A DNA stretch of 25,947 bases from a virus (Duplodnaviria > Caudoviricetes): positions 1-25,947 of IMG/VR virus record IMGVR_UViG_3300044641_000586; one strand, 5' to 3'. The position numbers and the translations under genes are program-made. The notes beneath the pieces are model-generated. The model ran no database searches and had not been told where the DNA came from. It saw only the letters and a list, made by a program, of their open reading frames with translations. Shown here piece after piece: positions 24,082 to 25,947 of the stretch (position 1 is the first letter of the stretch; each line of letters begins with the position of its first letter).

Positions 24082-24725
24082 TTCTGTTTCTCGTCACTTC
24101 TGCTATTAACGGCGATCCTCAACGGTTGCACGAAACAGAAAAAACTATTGAGAGCATTCAGCGAGCGTGTCCGATTGCTTCAATCTGGGTGCTGGAATCA
24201 AGTTTCGAGCATCAGAATGTCGTGTTTCCTCGAGCGACTGTTAAGCATTACAACTCTCGGTTTATTCAGGGAGTCAAAAAAACAGGACGAGACGTTGCGT
24301 ATATCAAAAACGCTATCGAATTACATACAACGATAGACATTCTCTCAACCATTCCCAACCGATACAGTCATATCTTCAAGATTTCAGGTCGATACGTATT
24401 GACCGATCAGTTCAACTTGCAGGCTCACGTTGCGAACAAGGCTACGTTTGCACAGGCAAGGCAGACAGGTTATCCGCTGGATTATGTCGGGACTGATGGG
24501 ATGCTGATGACTCGGCTGTATTCGTTCGACTACAACCTAATCCCGCAGATGTTGGAGACGCTGAAGCAGATAGAGAAGTTCTTCCACGAGCAGTGGGACG
24601 GTGGAAAAGTGTTCGACATGGAACATGGCTTCTACAAGTTTTTGCCTCGTGACATTCTCAACGAAGTCGGTACAATAGGGGTACGAGGCCGAATCGGGCA
24701 TCTAACTTCTATCGTCGAGGACTGA
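24075..24725 (+). CDS. Putative glycosyltransferase-like protein
   Basis: 216 aa. FLVTSAI...R..ET..TI.SI N-terminus, IFKISGRY, TRLYSF and D.EH motifs. Adjacent to GT32. Function inferred. Confidence 0.55.
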   Translation: MVILFLVTSAINGDPQRLHETEKTIESIQRACPIASIWVLESSFEHQNVVFPRATVKHYNSRFIQGVKKTGRDVAYIKNAIELHTTIDILSTIPNRYSHIFKISGRYVLTDQFNLQAHVANKATFAQARQTGYPLDYVGTDGMLMTRLYSFDYNLIPQMLETLKQIEKFFHEQWDGGKVFDMEHGFYKFLPRDILNEVGTIGVRGRIGHLTSIVED

Positions 24726-24726
24726 T

Positions 24727-24882
24727 ATGCCGATCACTAGCAAGGCTCAACAGCGACTCATGTACGCAGCCGCTGGCAGCAAGAAGGTGGCGAAAGACAC
24801 TGGTGTTCCGATGTCGGTGGCAAAAGAGATGATTGCCAAGACGCCGAAGAAAGCCTACAAGAAGATGCCAGCCAAGAAATGA
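24727..24882 (+). CDS. Small basic protein
   Basis: Translated by hand: MPITSKAQQRLMYAAAGSKKVAKDTGVPMSVAKEMIAKTPKKAYKKMPAKK* (51 aa). MP..SKAQ.R.M.A motif, GAGG RBS. Confidence 0.7.
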   Translation: MPITSKAQQRLMYAAAGSKKVAKDTGVPMSVAKEMIAKTPKKAYKKMPAKK

Positions 24883-25055
24883 AGAAGTCCACTGTCAACG
24901 CTGCTGGTAACTACACGAAGCCGGGGATGCGTAAAGCCTTGTTCAACAAGATCAAGGCTGCTGCTACGCAAGGCACAGCGGCAGGGCAGTGGTCGGCTCG
25001 GAAGGCGCAGCTGTTGGCGAAGGAATACAAAGCCAAGGGTGGTGGTTACAAGTGA
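24879..25055 (+). CDS. Small basic protein (N-terminal half of a DUF5872-like protein)
   Basis: Translated by hand: MKKSTVNAAGNYTKPGMRKALFNKIKAAATQGTAAGQWSARKAQLLAKEYKAKGGGYK* (58 aa). ATGA overlap. Confidence 0.75.
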   Translation: MKKSTVNAAGNYTKPGMRKALFNKIKAAATQGTAAGQWSARKAQLLAKEYKAKGGGYK

Positions 25056-25285
25056 AAGCCTCGCAGCGTTCGCTGAAAGACTGGACAGCGCAGAAGTGGC
25101 GCACAAAGTCTGGGAAACCGTCATCTGAAACGGGTGAGCGGTATCTACCGGAGGCTGCGATTAAATCTTTAACCCCAGCTGAGTACGCAGCGACCACAAG
25201 AGCCAAGCGAGCGGGTAAGGCTGCTGGCAAACAGTTTGTGGCGCAACCAAAACGGATCGCTGCAAAAACCGCAAAGTTCAGGTGA
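25052..25285 (+). CDS. DUF5872-like basic protein
   Basis: GTG start at 25052. Q.SL..WT.Q.W.TKSG.....GERYLP..A...L...EY..T...KR.....GKQFV.QP. Confidence 0.75.
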   Translation: MKASQRSLKDWTAQKWRTKSGKPSSETGERYLPEAAIKSLTPAEYAATTRAKRAGKAAGKQFVAQPKRIAAKTAKFR

Positions 25286-25289
25286 GAAA

Positions 25290-25616
25290 ATGAAGTGTCC
25301 TATTGTCACTGGTGATGCCGAGCTAAACGACGCCAACAAGCAGAAGGCAGTCGATAAAGCCGACTACATGGAAGCAGGAGAGGACGCAGAGTACAAGTGC
25401 GAGAACTGCGCTGCGTTCGTACAGTCGGATGAGATGCAAGGGTGTCTCGAAAACGGCATTGCTAAAGGCATGGAGGACGAAGCCGAGGACATGGGTTACT
25501 GTGCTCAACTTAACTTTGTCTGCTCAGAGGATATGGTCTGCAACAAATGGCTGGGTGGTCAGGCTAAAGGCAAGGGCGGGATCATCATCAAGATTGCTGG
25601 GATGATGGACGAATGA
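25290..25616 (+). CDS. Acidic Cys-rich protein with HiPIP-like cysteine spacing
   Basis: Start trimmed to 25290. Y......CENCAAF...GYC....F.C.....CNKW. Confidence 0.65.
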   Translation: MKCPIVTGDAELNDANKQKAVDKADYMEAGEDAEYKCENCAAFVQSDEMQGCLENGIAKGMEDEAEDMGYCAQLNFVCSEDMVCNKWLGGQAKGKGGIIIKIAGMMDE

Positions 25617-25906
25617 GTGCCGCATGGACTCGCAAGGCTGGCAAGAACGCGAAGGGCGGTCTAAACGAGGCCGGACGCAAGTCTTACGAGCGAGAAAACC
25701 CCGGTAGCGATCTAAAGCCTCCCGTTAAGTCAGGCGACAACCCGCGGAGAGCATCGTTCCTGGCAAGGATGGGCAATATGCCGGGGCCGGAGCGCAAGGA
25801 CGGTAAGCCGACTCGTCTGCTGCTGTCTCTGCAAGCCTGGGGTGCATCCAGCAAGGCCGATGCTAAGGCAAAGGCAAAAGCGATCAGTGCCAGAAACAAG
25901 CGGTGA
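25613..25906 (+). CDS. DUF6321-like basic protein
   Basis: 97 aa. AW.RK.GKN.KGGLN..GR.SY....PGS.LK.PV......RR.SF.ARM...R....L.AW. Confidence 0.75.
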   Translation: MSAAWTRKAGKNAKGGLNEAGRKSYERENPGSDLKPPVKSGDNPRRASFLARMGNMPGPERKDGKPTRLLLSLQAWGASSKADAKAKAKAISARNKR

Positions 25907-25909
25907 CGT

Positions 25910-25947
25910 ATGGACATGAGCCAACTTCTTCGTGCGCTTGGACTTCA
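25910..25947 (+). CDS. 5' start of the next ORF (partial)
   Basis: ATG 25910, MDMSQLLRALGL..., runs off the window edge. Confidence 0.35.
   Translation, partial: MDMSQLLRALGL

Noticed and set aside
1-25947. Alternative genetic code or stop-codon reassignment
   Set aside because: Genes tile densely under the standard code, and TAA, TAG and TGA are all used as stops at sensible gene ends.

Overview
The window is about 26 kb of a tailed dsDNA phage genome with podovirus-type (P22/LUZ24-like) architecture. The host is probably proteobacterial, which is inferred from gene families only. Bases 1-15619 (+) form the late structural and lysis block: end of a GT2-like glycosyltransferase, head-tail adaptor, several fibre/spike genes (including an RcGTA Rcc01079-like head-spike base and a Peptidase_S74 chaperone fibre), a gp10-like tail hub, four probable ejection proteins, a tail-collar protein, membrane/holin genes and a GH108 endolysin. 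Bases 15594-18223 (-) are a leftward early recombination operon (ERF, YqaJ exonuclease, small SSB-like protein, DUF3310). Overlapping sigma70-type promoters at 18245-18288 separate it from a rightward operon: Cro-like HTH, nuclease, NinB, replication genes, small ORFs, a Q-like protein, a terminator, two further glycosyltransferase-like genes and small basic DUF5872/DUF6321-like genes. No integrase, CI repressor, tRNA, CRISPR array or reverse transcriptase is visible. The most striking feature is the only long non-coding stretch (20010-20519). It has its own promoter and two densely base-paired modules containing three perfect loop-to-distal complementarities. It lies directly in front of a replication initiator reduced to its C-terminal domain and a lambda-P-like helicase loader. 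This is a candidate structured ncRNA or ssDNA element that may replace the usual origin-binding domain. All family assignments come from motif recognition by eye; no searches or folding programs were run.
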